From NCBI GenBank assembly GCA_965178125.1, contig OZ237754.1:868001-932000 (forward strand): a DNA stretch of 64,000 nt, written 5' to 3'. Made by a program: the position numbers and the translations under genes. The notes beneath the pieces were generated by a model. That model saw only the letters and a program-made list of their open reading frames with translations. It searched no databases and had not been told where the DNA came from. Positions 38,801 through 49,589 of this stretch are shown here, piece after piece. Source of the DNA: Bilabrum cf. latius. Taxonomy: Eukaryota. How positions within the stretch are numbered: position 1 is the stretch's first letter; the number at the start of each line of letters is the position of its first letter.

Positions 38801-41800
38801 GGCGTGCCACTTCTGGCTGCGCTGGTCCGGGCACAGCTGCACGCGCCCGCTCTCTGTCTGCTCGAGACACGGCCCGCGCTGGGCACACAGCACCTCTCTT
38901 GACCTGACGCCGCCGCCGCAGCGGCGGCTACATGCCCGCCACTCATCAGCGTACCAGAACAGATCAGGGCATTCCTGCGTGTTGCATGGTTGGGTGGATA
39001 CGGGCGGGTCAGTGCAGTGAGCGTCCAGCACCAGCCTGCCTTTGCCTCCTCTGTTCCGGCACTCCAGCAGGCGACTCTGCTCGCCGCCGTCGCAAGGTTC
39101 ACTGCACGCGCCCCAACCAGAATCAGACCACTCGCACGTGCCCACATCGCACGCCTGCATTTCAGCGGGTCTGAGTGCCTCGTTGCACAGCGCCGAGTCC
39201 ACCACCAGCCCGCTCTGGGTCTGGCACCATACCGCTCTGGTCTGCTCCCCAGTGCCGCACTGCACGCTGCACTCTTTCCAAGCAGTGGAAGCCCACTCGT
39301 ACGTGTCGCAGACCCCTTCCACTGATAGACTACCTGCAAGCATGATCTGGAAATGAGCATCATCCCCAATCTTGTTCTGGCCGTCCACCGCAATGTAAAG
39401 CTCTTCCTCGTTGTACGCGCAGTTGGGCACGCTGAATGTGCGGGTGGCTGACGTGTCTTCAGCGTCCGCCATGCCGGGTGCGGCGGGTGCATCGGCACGA
39501 ACGCGCACTTTGTACGCAGCATCGCTAGGCTGGCCCATGGTGGTGATAGCAGCCACTGTGATGAGCATGTCTGACCTGGCAGGGAGCACCAGCCTCAGGT
39601 GCGTTGTGTCCTGCCCATCCGTGCTGACCACGCCGCACTCGCGCGATGCAACGTCACCAACAGCTACGCTACAGTTGACCATCCGCTGCCAGCGGCCCTG
39701 GTCAAAGCGGTCGAGTGGCACGTCGAAGATCCACGAGGCGTCTGCGTCCTGCAAGCGCCGTCCTTCGTGCCTATCAAGATGCAGCTGCTGCAACTCGCGA
39801 TGAATCTTTGTCAACTCCGGGTGGGTCTGCGCTGCCCGCCTCTGCTTCCAGCGCTCGCCGGTACCTGGCTGCACCCGCACCCTGTGATCAGTGGGCATGA
39901 GGGAGCGTCCGCTCTTGAGAGCCTCGGGCTCTTGGAGCATCTGCTTGATGGAATTGAGGGCGTGCAGGACCCCTTGCATGATAGCTTCCTCGCGGGCCAC
40001 TTCGAGATCGGTATCGTTGACTGCGGCCTCCGCTCGGCGCCCGCCGCTCGGCGCCTCTTCAAGCCCAGTGCTCTAGCGATCGGCGCTGCTGGACCACTGG
40101 ATCGCGTCATCATACGACACCTCCAGCCCGCCTCCCCGTGTTCCCTGTCGGAAGAGAAGCTCCCCGTCCTCCACGAGGCCAGTGGCCTCCATGGAGTCAA
40201 AGGCCTGCTCCAGGGCCTGCAGCTCAGCCAGCTCCTCCGCAGACGATCGCAGGGGCTCCTCGACCACATTGGATGCCCGGCGGCCCCCCTGCGTACTTGC
40301 ATCTATGCTCAGATCTGCCGTGCTGGTTCCCGACTGCTGCTCCCGGTCGCCTGGCCGGGTAGAGTCGTGGAAGTCCGACCTCGTGCCAATGATCATCTGC
40401 CGGGCCACGTCGGAGCCGGCCAGGTATGGCCTCTCCGCCGCCGCCACGTGCCCAGGTTCGATACCCTCCACTGAGATGCCAGCCAGCCCCTGCTCCACCA
40501 CAGGGAAGTACGTGTCTCTGGCGCCTGCGTACATGCCCATCGTGGATGGGGCATCCTTGGGCGACTGCACGCGGACGTTGAAAGACTGCTCTCCGCCCTC
40601 CGACGAAGAAAACACGGACTCGGCTGCGCCCACGAAATAGTTGTACTGCTCTGAGGCAATGCTCCGCTAAGTAGTCTTGCCCTGCTCCAGGCGCTCGTAC
40701 GCCTGCAGCGAGATCTCGAATTCGGCGCTGGCCTGAGCGTACACGGCGATCCACAGCTCCTCGGTGTAGTAGGTGTCGAGGCTGGAGATCACCACCTCGT
40801 CCAAGACCCCGGCGCGCTCTTTGCTCCTCCACATCCAGTCGTTGCGCGGGAAGCTCCGAAATACGCGGTGGTGCACGTACAGGTTGGCATCCCCCACGGT
40901 GGACCGAAGAGAGATGCGGGCTGCAGACGCGGTCGATGACACATGACCACGGAAGAGGTGGTAGCCCAGTGCCGGCACTTTTCCTGCGGCAGTGCGCCCG
41001 GGGAACAAGTCGCTGATTTCCATGCCGATGACGCCCATGCTGGAGCCCATGATTGCAAGCTTGGAGGAACATGCAAACGCGCCGGGGGAATATTCCCTGC
41101 CGGTAATGAGGAGGCTCAGCACGCCGGGAGCAGTAGCGGGGTGTTGTATGGCGTCCCACAGCCCGGGATTGTCGGCTGTGGGCCACCCTTCCTCTTCCTT
41201 GCGGTTGCATCGGAGGTCGAACCCTAGATTAAGGTCCTGCTCCACGCCGTCCTCCCAGTGGGGCTCCTTCTCCACCTCGGGTACGGGCGCGTCATCGAAC
41301 TCCAGCTCGCCATACGCCTCGTCTGCCGATGCAGCCAGGAAGAGCACACCGGTGGATTCCTCTGACGTCAGCAGCATAAAGTATCTCCGCTGCCCGTCGG
41401 TTACGTCGGTCTGGTTGCCCGCCAGTAGCGCGATGGCGTTGTAGTCCAGGATCTCCCTGGCACCCGTGGAGACCTTGATGGCGGAGCGGGCGGTGGCATC
41501 GAGCGTGCTCGAGTCATATCCCATGGACTCCAGAGTGCCGTCGTACAGCCATGGCTTGGTAAAATCGATGTCGGCGCACAGCCCCACGCTGAACGGAAGA
41601 TCAGCCTCGGCGATCCCCGGTGGCCAGTCGTAGGGCTCGACCCCTCTTTGCGACTCGATGGGATTGGCCCTGACCTGCGCGGCCTTCCCTGCCACTAGCT
41701 GCCTGAATGATGTGGCCTTGACCACGAACTCGACCTCTGCCTCGGGGTCCAAGTGCCTGGCGAACACGTACACCCGGGTGCTGGGCGTCAACCGATCGTC

Positions 41801-42961
41801 CTACCCAGTGACCATGGCGCTCATCTAAGAGTCGTAGGACCTGGTGATGGCGTACACCGATCGCATTCCCGACGGATCCGTGATGTCCTCGCCCTCTCCA
41901 TAGATTTCCAGGGACATCTTGCTGTTGCCCTGGGTCTTGGTCAGCCCCGCGTCCACCGCGTTATCTCCCTCTCGCATCAGCAGACAGCCGCGGTACCGGT
42001 TGGTGGTGTTGAGTCTGACACCGTGCCCTGGACCCGCGAAGAGGACGTGCCTCATCTGCCTGCGCACGGATCGGTCGAAGACGTGCGCGAACGGAGTCTC
42101 CCCACTGGCCTTGAGGTTGAGGCAGCTGCTCGAGCAGTCCTCTTCCAGCCGGGGCAGCTGCACGGGATCGCCAGTCGTTGGGTCGGTCTGGCACAGCTCC
42201 TCGGCTGCCAGAGTGCCGTTGCCTCCATGCGTGCGGCACTCGGCAACGCGGGTCCTCTTGCCCACGCCGCAGTCCACGCTGCACTCGGACCAGTCGCTGA
42301 TGGAGTACGCGCAGCCCTCCGTACCGCAGCTGAGCGAGATGGTGTTGGATTGAGAGCCTTGCAAGAATCGCAGCACCTTGATGTCTGCATCCTCGCTCAT
42401 GGCCTTGGAGCTTGCACCGGACAGCCGCCTGAAGCCGATCGACGAAGAGCTCGAGCCGTATCCAAGCTTAGGCGACACCGCGATGCCCATGAGCACACAG
42501 CCGATGAATCCAGCCCCATGCACTTTAAACTGAGGCACGATGGGGAACGAATAGGTGTACGGGAGTAATCCGCCGGACGGCAGCTCGAGAGGCTTGGTAA
42601 ATGGGCCAAAGCAAATGCCTTTGCATACCCGCGGGATGCCTAGCTACAGGACAATCTAGTTGATTGTGAGATGTCCATCGACCCCCATGTAGTAGTGGAT
42701 GTTCGTGTGACCATTTGCACACTCCGAAGGCCGCAGCGACATTGAAAGGTAGGGGTCAATGCTAGCGTCGAACTCCCAGTAGCCATACAGAGAAAACGTG
42801 GCCACCATGTACAGCTGGACCTTCAAATCCAGCGGGCCGGTCAAGTCAAAGCTTGGCTTGCGGGTCATGATGGTCATCGTGCGGTCTCGGATCATGCTCC
42901 ACCCAGTCCACCTTGAGTACTTCACGCCAACCGTCACGGAGTTGTCGAACCAGAAGCCAGG
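35813..42961 (-). CDS. TSP1/EGF membrane protein paralog (copy B), 5' part cut off by the virophage insertion
   Basis: Nine ORF fragments share one frame and are joined only by TAG. Collinear with copy A from PGFW.D.S.TVGV to the C-terminal ASGSA-TGA. Homology stops abruptly at 42961/42962. Confidence 0.85.
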
Positions 42962-43026
42962 TCTCACACACCACATACCAGGGGGACCTCCAAATTGGAG
43001 GTCCCCCTGGTATGTGGTGTGTGAGA
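42962..43026. repeat. Perfect terminal palindrome (32-bp arms, 1-nt loop) at the virophage left end
   Basis: TCTCACACACCACATACCAGGGGGACCTCCAA-A-TTGGAGGTCCCCCTGGTATGTGGTGTGTGAGA. Confidence 0.95.
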
Positions 43027-43317
43027 GTAGGGTATTTTTTATGTACATTTTTCTTTTGTTATAAGTAATTCTTTCCATAAAACGGGTAGAGGGTGGAAAT
43101 TTAAGTTGCTGAAAAATCATTTTTTTTGCAGGTGAAATTTTCAACTGCCAAAAATTACGCACTGAGTTACACTGCTACGTTTCACATCTCGGGTTCTATT
43201 CCTCTTGCAGAGGAGAGAAATTTGGGGGTCTCCATATTATTCTGCGGGGTCCCCCACGCGGGGGATGTTCAAAAATTCATTTAATATTGCATTGAGAAAT
43301 CACAGGGATTCTCATTT

Positions 43318-43983
43318 TCATTTTCCATTTTTCACTTTCATTGATTTTAATTTAATTCGCTGTTTCAACGCAGGTGCTGGTTCAGGTGCTGGTGCTGGTT
43401 CAGGTGCTGGTGCTGGTGCTGGTGCTGGTTCAGGTGCTGGTTCAGGTGCTGGTTCAGGTTCTGGTGCTGGTGCCGATCCAGATTCAGGTGCTGGTGCTCC
43501 TTCACTATCTACGGTGCCTAGCATTCGTGGTTTAGAAGCATAAGGCTATGCAAAACTATGCAAGTGTTTCATAATGCTCAGCATTTCCGAACGCTACTTC
43601 TTATCCTCCTTCTGCATCTACACCATTGCATCATACTATTTCTATTGCATCTACATCATTGCAAACATCAGTTGCGTTACCTAATTAGGTTCTTGTGGTG
43701 CTGGTGCTGGTGCTGGTGCTGGTGCTGGTGCTGGTGCTGGTGCTGGTGCTTGATCAGGTTCTGCAGTTCCACCAGATTCACAAAGTGGTGATGTGCCTTC
43801 CGGCTACTTCACCACCGCATGAAATGCTCTGATTATGCTATCCGATTTCTTCCCCTCATGCCACCAATCCGTGCCAATATTGGTTTGCATCCATTTCTTC
43901 ATATCATACTCCGAAACAAGTGATTTGTAACCTTTTCCAAAGTGTTTTTGTAAATATTCTCGTGCTTTCTGTGGGTATCTCAT
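43318..43983 (-). CDS. Virophage protein: N-terminal 'MxYP..HFG..YK.LVSE..W..DWW' domain, PA/EPA repeats, Gln/Met-rich segment (TAG=Gln)
   Basis: ATG at 43983 to TGA at 43318, one frame via TAG. Reads MMQMQQKQYDAMVQMQKEDKKQ with TAG as Gln. N-terminus is paralogous to that of the 45128 ORF. Confidence 0.7.
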
Positions 43984-44369
43984 ACTGATATCCTCTCCCT
44001 TACATGCGCACACGAAATAGGTTCAGGGGAATTCATTTTGTTACCTAAAAGGTTCTGTATACATCTTACTGCCCAATCAAAAAAAAAGTTATTTGGATGT
44101 TGTTCAGAAAAATCTCATGTTGTTCAAAATACTCGGTTTCATAAAAATTTTCAGAACTCAGCCAACTGAAAAAAATATTGATTTTCAATTTTTTTCTAAG
44201 AATGAAAAAATCTCATTTCCTTTGTTTTGAACAACATCCCTACCTTTTCCGACAACAAAACCTTTATTTTGAACAACATTTTGAACAACATAATTATTCG
44301 TAACCAATTATTTTGAACAACATTTTGAACAACAACAAATAAATTGATTAATGCAGTTACTGATATCTT

Positions 44370-44420
44370 ATTTATATTAGATTATAGGATTTTTAAAAAA
44401 TCCTATAATCTAATATAAAT
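44370..44420. promoter_or_regulatory. 25-bp-arm AT-rich palindrome overlapping a TCTA motif and the ATG of the repeat protein
   Basis: ATTTATATTAGATTATAGGATTTTT-A-AAAAATCCTATAATCTAATATAAAT. Confidence 0.6.
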
Positions 44421-45042
44421 GAATTCGAATTTTAATACATGTCCTTGTTGCCAAAAACCGGTCTCAAATGAAGATCTAATTATTCAACCAGATGGTACTC
44501 ACTTTTGGTATAAGAATGGTCAAATACACAGAGATGGTGATCTACCTGCAGTAGTTGGTATGAAGGGTAACTACTGGTACAAGAATGGTAAAATACACAG
44601 AGATGGTGATCAGCCCGCAGAAATTACATTAAATGTACGCGGATACTACAAGAATGGTCAATTACACAGAGATGGCGATCAGCCCGCGTACATGTACAAT
44701 TCAGAAAATAGAAAATATTGGTATAAGAATGGCGTATTGCACAGAGATGGTGATAAACCCGCAATAATTGAAATAGATGGAGATACAAAATGGTACAAGA
44801 ATGGCAAATTACATAGAGATGGTGATAAATACGCAGTAATTAATGAATATGGAAATGAATGGTACAAGAATGGCGAATTGCACAGAGATGGTGATAAACC
44901 CGCAATAATTGAAATAGATGGAGATACAAAATGGTACAAAAATGGTAAATTACACAGAGATGATGATAAACCCGCAGTAATTGAAGCATATGGACGAAAT
45001 GAATGGTACAAAAATGGTGTACAATACCATCCATCCATTTAA
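44419..45042 (+). CDS. Repeat protein with ~7 WYKNGxLHRDGDxPA units (MORN/YwqK-like beta-hairpin repeats)
   Basis: Repeats are directly visible, with an N-terminal CPCC. Ends TAA. Confidence 0.85.
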   Translation: MNSNFNTCPCCQKPVSNEDLIIQPDGTHFWYKNGQIHRDGDLPAVVGMKGNYWYKNGKIHRDGDQPAEITLNVRGYYKNGQLHRDGDQPAYMYNSENRKYWYKNGVLHRDGDKPAIIEIDGDTKWYKNGKLHRDGDKYAVINEYGNEWYKNGELHRDGDKPAIIEIDGDTKWYKNGKLHRDDDKPAVIEAYGRNEWYKNGVQYHPSI

Positions 45043-45127
45043 ACTAGATTGCTTTATAAAAGCTTGGAGCGGAAAAATGAACCGCGTTCACCCTATTTCT
45101 CGCAGGTATAGGAGGGGGAGTATCACA

Positions 45128-47044
45128 ATGATATACCCTACTAAAGCACATGAATACCTATCAACACACTTTGGAACTGATTACAAAACATTAGTTTCAG
45201 AGGCTACTATAAAGCAGTGGATGCGAACACATATTGGTGCAGATTGGTGGCTTGATTACTTGAAAGCAGATAGCATTATAAAAGCGTATCATGCGGTGTT
45301 GAAAAAGCCTACAAGCACTTCAACACTAGATGAACCCAAAACTGCTGCTACTGGTGAAGGTGCAAACCCCAAGATCAAGATCAAGATCAAGATCAACCCC
45401 AAAACCAAAATCTCACTCAAAAAGAAAAAAGGTAAATCTATAATGAGCTCCGCAAAATCGAAACCTCAAGAAATACTAGTTAAACCTATAATAACCGATC
45501 AAACCGCACAGAAAATGGTTGGTGAATTTGTTAATGCAGATCACTACCAGCAGGTAATTGATCATGATTGTGATTGCTACTACTATGATAAATCTGGCAA
45601 GCGCCGTGCTTTGTTTTACTTTCGCCGCAAGGTAATCCCCCAAGCGCATCTGGATACAGCACTAGATAGTTTAAAAACAGAAGCCAAAAGTGCCTCCAAT
45701 ACACGATCCATTGCTGGTGGCGGAATTGGCAAAGGCAAAGTACACAGCATGATTGTTGGCTACTACGATAAACCCCGAATCAGAGATAAACGAGAAATCT
45801 TAGCCAAGAAACTCGTACCCTGCAGAACTACCAGCTATACCAGCAAATACCAAGCCAAATGGAACAACTTAAAACCATTAATTAATTAGGTTGATAAGGC
45901 ATACAGCGAGTTCGAACCAGAACGCCATCACGAACAGCACGGCATGGCTAAAAAAACTCCCGATTACCAAATCAACGATACTGCATTTTCTACCATCACC
46001 GTAAATTACAACTGGCGAACCGCTTGCCACAAGGATTCAGGTGATTATCACAATGGATACAGTGCTGTAGTAGTTGCCGAGGATGGCAAGAATTCTTACA
46101 AGGGCGGATACCTGGGTTTTCCTAAGTTCGGCGTTTGTGTTGATGTTCGCCACGGCGATTTTATCTTAATAGATCCTCACCAGTTGCACTGTAATACAGA
46201 AATAGTGCCAGATGGATCAGATTGGTGCAGATTATCAATGGTTTACTACTACCGAGAAAACATGCAAAAATGTACCCAATCCAAACCTTCTAGTAAAGCC
46301 GCCTCACAAGAATTAATTGATGTAGTTTTACCCAAACGAAAACTCGATCTTAAACTCTGGGTTCGCCCCAAAACCACAGATCAAACTGTAATTGGTGAGG
46401 TGCTTACCAGGAACTCTTACGATAAACCAAAAGTTTAGTTCGAAGTGGGATCTGATCCAAAGGAACGATGGCTAGATCTTGGTGCCAATATCGGCACATT
46501 CGCCTTACTTGCCTTATCGCGGGGGTGCTCTGTTACCTGCTATGAACCAGAACGGGATAACCTTGAAATACTACAAAAAAACCTGGAACTCAACTTTCCT
46601 AAACCTAGGGGTGGATGGAAAATTGTTGAATCAGGGGTTTCTACAAAACCCACTGGAACTCAAAAACTCTACCTGTGCAAAGGAGATTACAACAAATACA
46701 GGCATACCTTGCATCCCGTAAGAGGGCGTACAACTGTTGATATCCCTGTAGAAAATATTTTTGAGGCTTTGGAACGGGCTGATTGCAACTGCATTAAAAT
46801 GGATATCGAGGGTGCTGAAATCGAGATCCTCGAAACACTTAAACCAGCAACTTACCAACACCATGGCATCCAAAAACTGGTGTTAGAATATAGTTTTGAT
46901 GTAGATAGGAGCATCCCCCGTTTCCTACGCATCATCGAAACCTTAAAACAAGCCTTCAAAACCGTGTTTTACACCAAAGTAAAGCCAGATCAGGCTACCT
47001 ATGATTACTTTCCAGCAGCCTGTATGGTATACTGCCAGAATTAA
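45128..47044 (+). CDS. TET/JBP-like 2OG-Fe(II) oxygenase fused to an FkbM-like SAM methyltransferase (638 aa, TAG=Gln)
   Basis: Three ORFs in one frame joined by TAG (45887, 46436). Oxygenase motifs FSTITVNYNWRTACHKDSGD, GGYLGFP, HQLHCNT, RLSMVYYYRE. Methyltransferase motifs WLDLGANIGTF, YEPE, IKMDIEGAE. Confidence 0.8.
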
Positions 47045-47154
47045 ATCCCATGAAAATTAAAATATTAGTGAAATGCCTAGGCATCTACTCAGAGAAATAC
47101 ACATTTTGCTTTTAATCCGTATCAATTTAGTACGGGATTAAAAGGAAAATTACA

Positions 47155-48366
47155 TTACTTTTTCCACGTAAACGTCCATTTGTTTGTACGTGGATTCTTT
47201 TTCCATTCTACTTTGTGCTTCTTTTCAAATGCCTAAACCAGTTTGGGCACATCTTCGATCATGTTTTCATAGCTGTTCCACTCTGGAACCTTGTATCCAA
47301 CCCATCGAACCACAAATCCACGCTCCCCATTAACCACACTAGGGCGCACAATACTCGAAATAATATACTAATCTGGCAAAGTAATTGGATTTTCAACCTC
47401 ATCCACCTTCTGCAATTCCTCTGTAAAATATCTGGTTGGCAATCCTTCTACCTAATAGGACCACGGACTCCACGGCATACGCGGTTTTAACACCTATCTT
47501 ATAGTATACACATCCTTAGACCAGTTTTCACCCCTTTTCTCATTAGATCCCCATCGCAATCGAACCCTTACTTGATCGCCCACTTTGAACCGCTACTCAT
47601 TGGCACGTTCACCTGCATTTTTCTTTATTCTTTTTCTAACTGCATCCACTCCAGAACTCTGTTTGTTCTCCAGATACTCCCTCTCTAAATTATCTGGCGA
47701 TTGCTTGGTTGTATTTTGTGGCGTTTGATTGTATACCCTCAAATAGGCTGCCAAACTATTATCCCAGTTATTCACACCCGAATCCAAGCGATCCGCCTTA
47801 ATCATTCTCTTAATTGTTCCATTAAATCTCTCAACCAATCCATTGGTTTGCGGTTTACCCGCTGTACTCAAGATCTATTTAATTTTCTTGCTTTTTAAAA
47901 ATGCTTTAAATGCTCGATTTACGAACTCACTGCCATTATCACTCTACAACACACTGGGTGGTTGGGGCATCTACTCTAAGATTTGTTTCAAAGCATTCAA
48001 TACGGTTTGCTCTCGCTTATCGGGCATGGCAATTGCGTAAGCTTTCTTACTAAAACCATCGATGGCTGTTAGCAACCATTTCATGCCTCGTGGGGTTTCC
48101 GATGAACTCAAATCCACCAAATCTATTTGCAACTTTTTAAAAGGAGCACTAATTACCTAGCGTTTAATTGAACGAACTTTCTTGGTTGGTTTCATCATTT
48201 GCCATGTTTCTTGCTTTTGCAACCAATCTCTAACCACACGCCGTGGCAAATCAATGCCGTTCTGAATCGCAAACTTGTATAATTTTTCCTCACCTACAAA
48301 GGCTTTTGAACCATAATATAACTCTTTCAACTTCTATAATTCACGTTGCTGATGCTTTGTATCCAT
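47155..48366 (-). CDS. rve (retroviral-type) integrase with C-terminal chromodomain (403 aa, TAG=Gln)
   Basis: DDE triad QIDLVD, L(Q=TAG)SDNGSEF, NGLVERFNGTIK. Followed by FKVGDQVRV. Chromodomain-like YIISSI..FVVRWVGY..W. Ends TAA. Confidence 0.92.
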
Positions 48367-48415
48367 TTATAGATATAATAAACCACATAAAATATTCTTA
48401 TCTAATCTAGTATAT

Positions 48416-49276
48416 ATGCTTAAGCGAAAGCAAATTTTACAATTACTGAAGATAGCCAAGAAACGCAACCCAAGGATCAAAAAATGTGTTAAGGGGTACG
48501 GAAAGTTTACCAAATCGCAATTACAAGCCGTTCTTGAGGCTCCTATGGTATTAGAAACTCTTGAACCTGAAGTTACCAGAATGGGTGGCTCACTGTTTGG
48601 CAAGTTTCGCCAAGGTTTTAACCAAGTTGTTGATAAGGCTAAGAACTTCTTTGGAGTTGATACTAAGAACTTTAATAAAACTAGTTAGCGAACACTAAAA
48701 GAATACGGTAACCGAGTTATTACCCAGATGAAAGTAGCACGAACACCCTTAAGTTCAAGTTTAAATCGATTGCTAAACGTTCTTTCACTAGGGGCAACTA
48801 AGCGAGCCAAACAAAGCTTATAGTACCATTCATTCTACCATCTTGCAATAGCAGTAAAATTACAAGGCGTTGCTACCCCCCTTGTGGTTGAGAAAAACGA
48901 GGCTGTTAACGTTGATAAAACATTCCCCGTAAATAATCTTACTCAATTCCTAAACGTTGATCTAAATGGCAAACAAATCACTTTGAATCAACTGGTACAA
49001 CAAACACTCAAATCCGTGGGCAATAATCGATTTTTCTTGTATCGTGCTTTCAATGATCGCTCAGATGCAGGTAATTGTTAGCGATTTGTTACTGATGTAC
49101 TTCGATCCAATGGTTTATTAACCAGCCAATTGGATCAATTCATCAATTAGAATGTTGAACAGGCAGCATCTACCATACCGCAGTTGTTCAAAAGGGTGGC
49201 GAATGTTGCAACCGATGTTGGTGCATTCGCTAATCGAGTAGTTGGTAGAGGTAAGAAGAAAAAGAAATAGCATTAA
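48416..49276 (+). CDS. Virophage protein with permuted papain-like (His...NCQ) motif (TAG=Gln)
   Basis: One frame via TAG, ending at TAA 49274-49276. Motifs FYHL..VVEKN..Y.AF..NC(Q=TAG)RFV. Basic N-terminus followed by RMGG/SLFG. Confidence 0.6.
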
Positions 49277-49524
49277 GGCATGCTTGCTGCCAACAGTTCA
49301 CATATACTCTGCTTGTTCAGTGAATCCCAAGTCATAGTAACCACTACCTTGTAAGCGGGTTCATCACCACCTGCACCTGAATGCGGCACTTGCTCAATCT
49401 TAACATCAGTACGATAGTTTGATGTGGGATCGGATTCTGGTTCAGGTTCAGGTTGAGAATTACAAATAATCTCTATTTTTGGTTGAGTTGGAGTTGGTTT
49501 AGTTGGGCTAGATTTTTCAGACAT
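49273..49524 (-). CDS. Small hypothetical protein
   Basis: ATG to TAA, 83 aa, Pro/Glu-rich, AT-rich upstream. Confidence 0.55.
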   Translation of the reverse strand: MSEKSSPTKPTPTQPKIEIICNSQPEPEPESDPTSNYRTDVKIEQVPHSGAGGDEPAYKVVVTMTWDSLNKQSICELLAASMP

Positions 49525-49589
49525 CTATAACTATCTGGAGGATTTTTTTAAGTTAACTTTGTTTCGTTATTACCACCAAATAAAGTTAA

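Noticed and set aside
9269-42609. Numerous overlapping and antisense ORFs in the GC-rich host region
   Set aside because: They are shadow frames of real genes in high-GC DNA and show no recognisable motifs.
42656-43162. 168-aa minus-strand ORF as a real gene
   Set aside because: It is a chimera: its first part is non-coding viral terminus and its second part is the interrupted host TSP1 gene.
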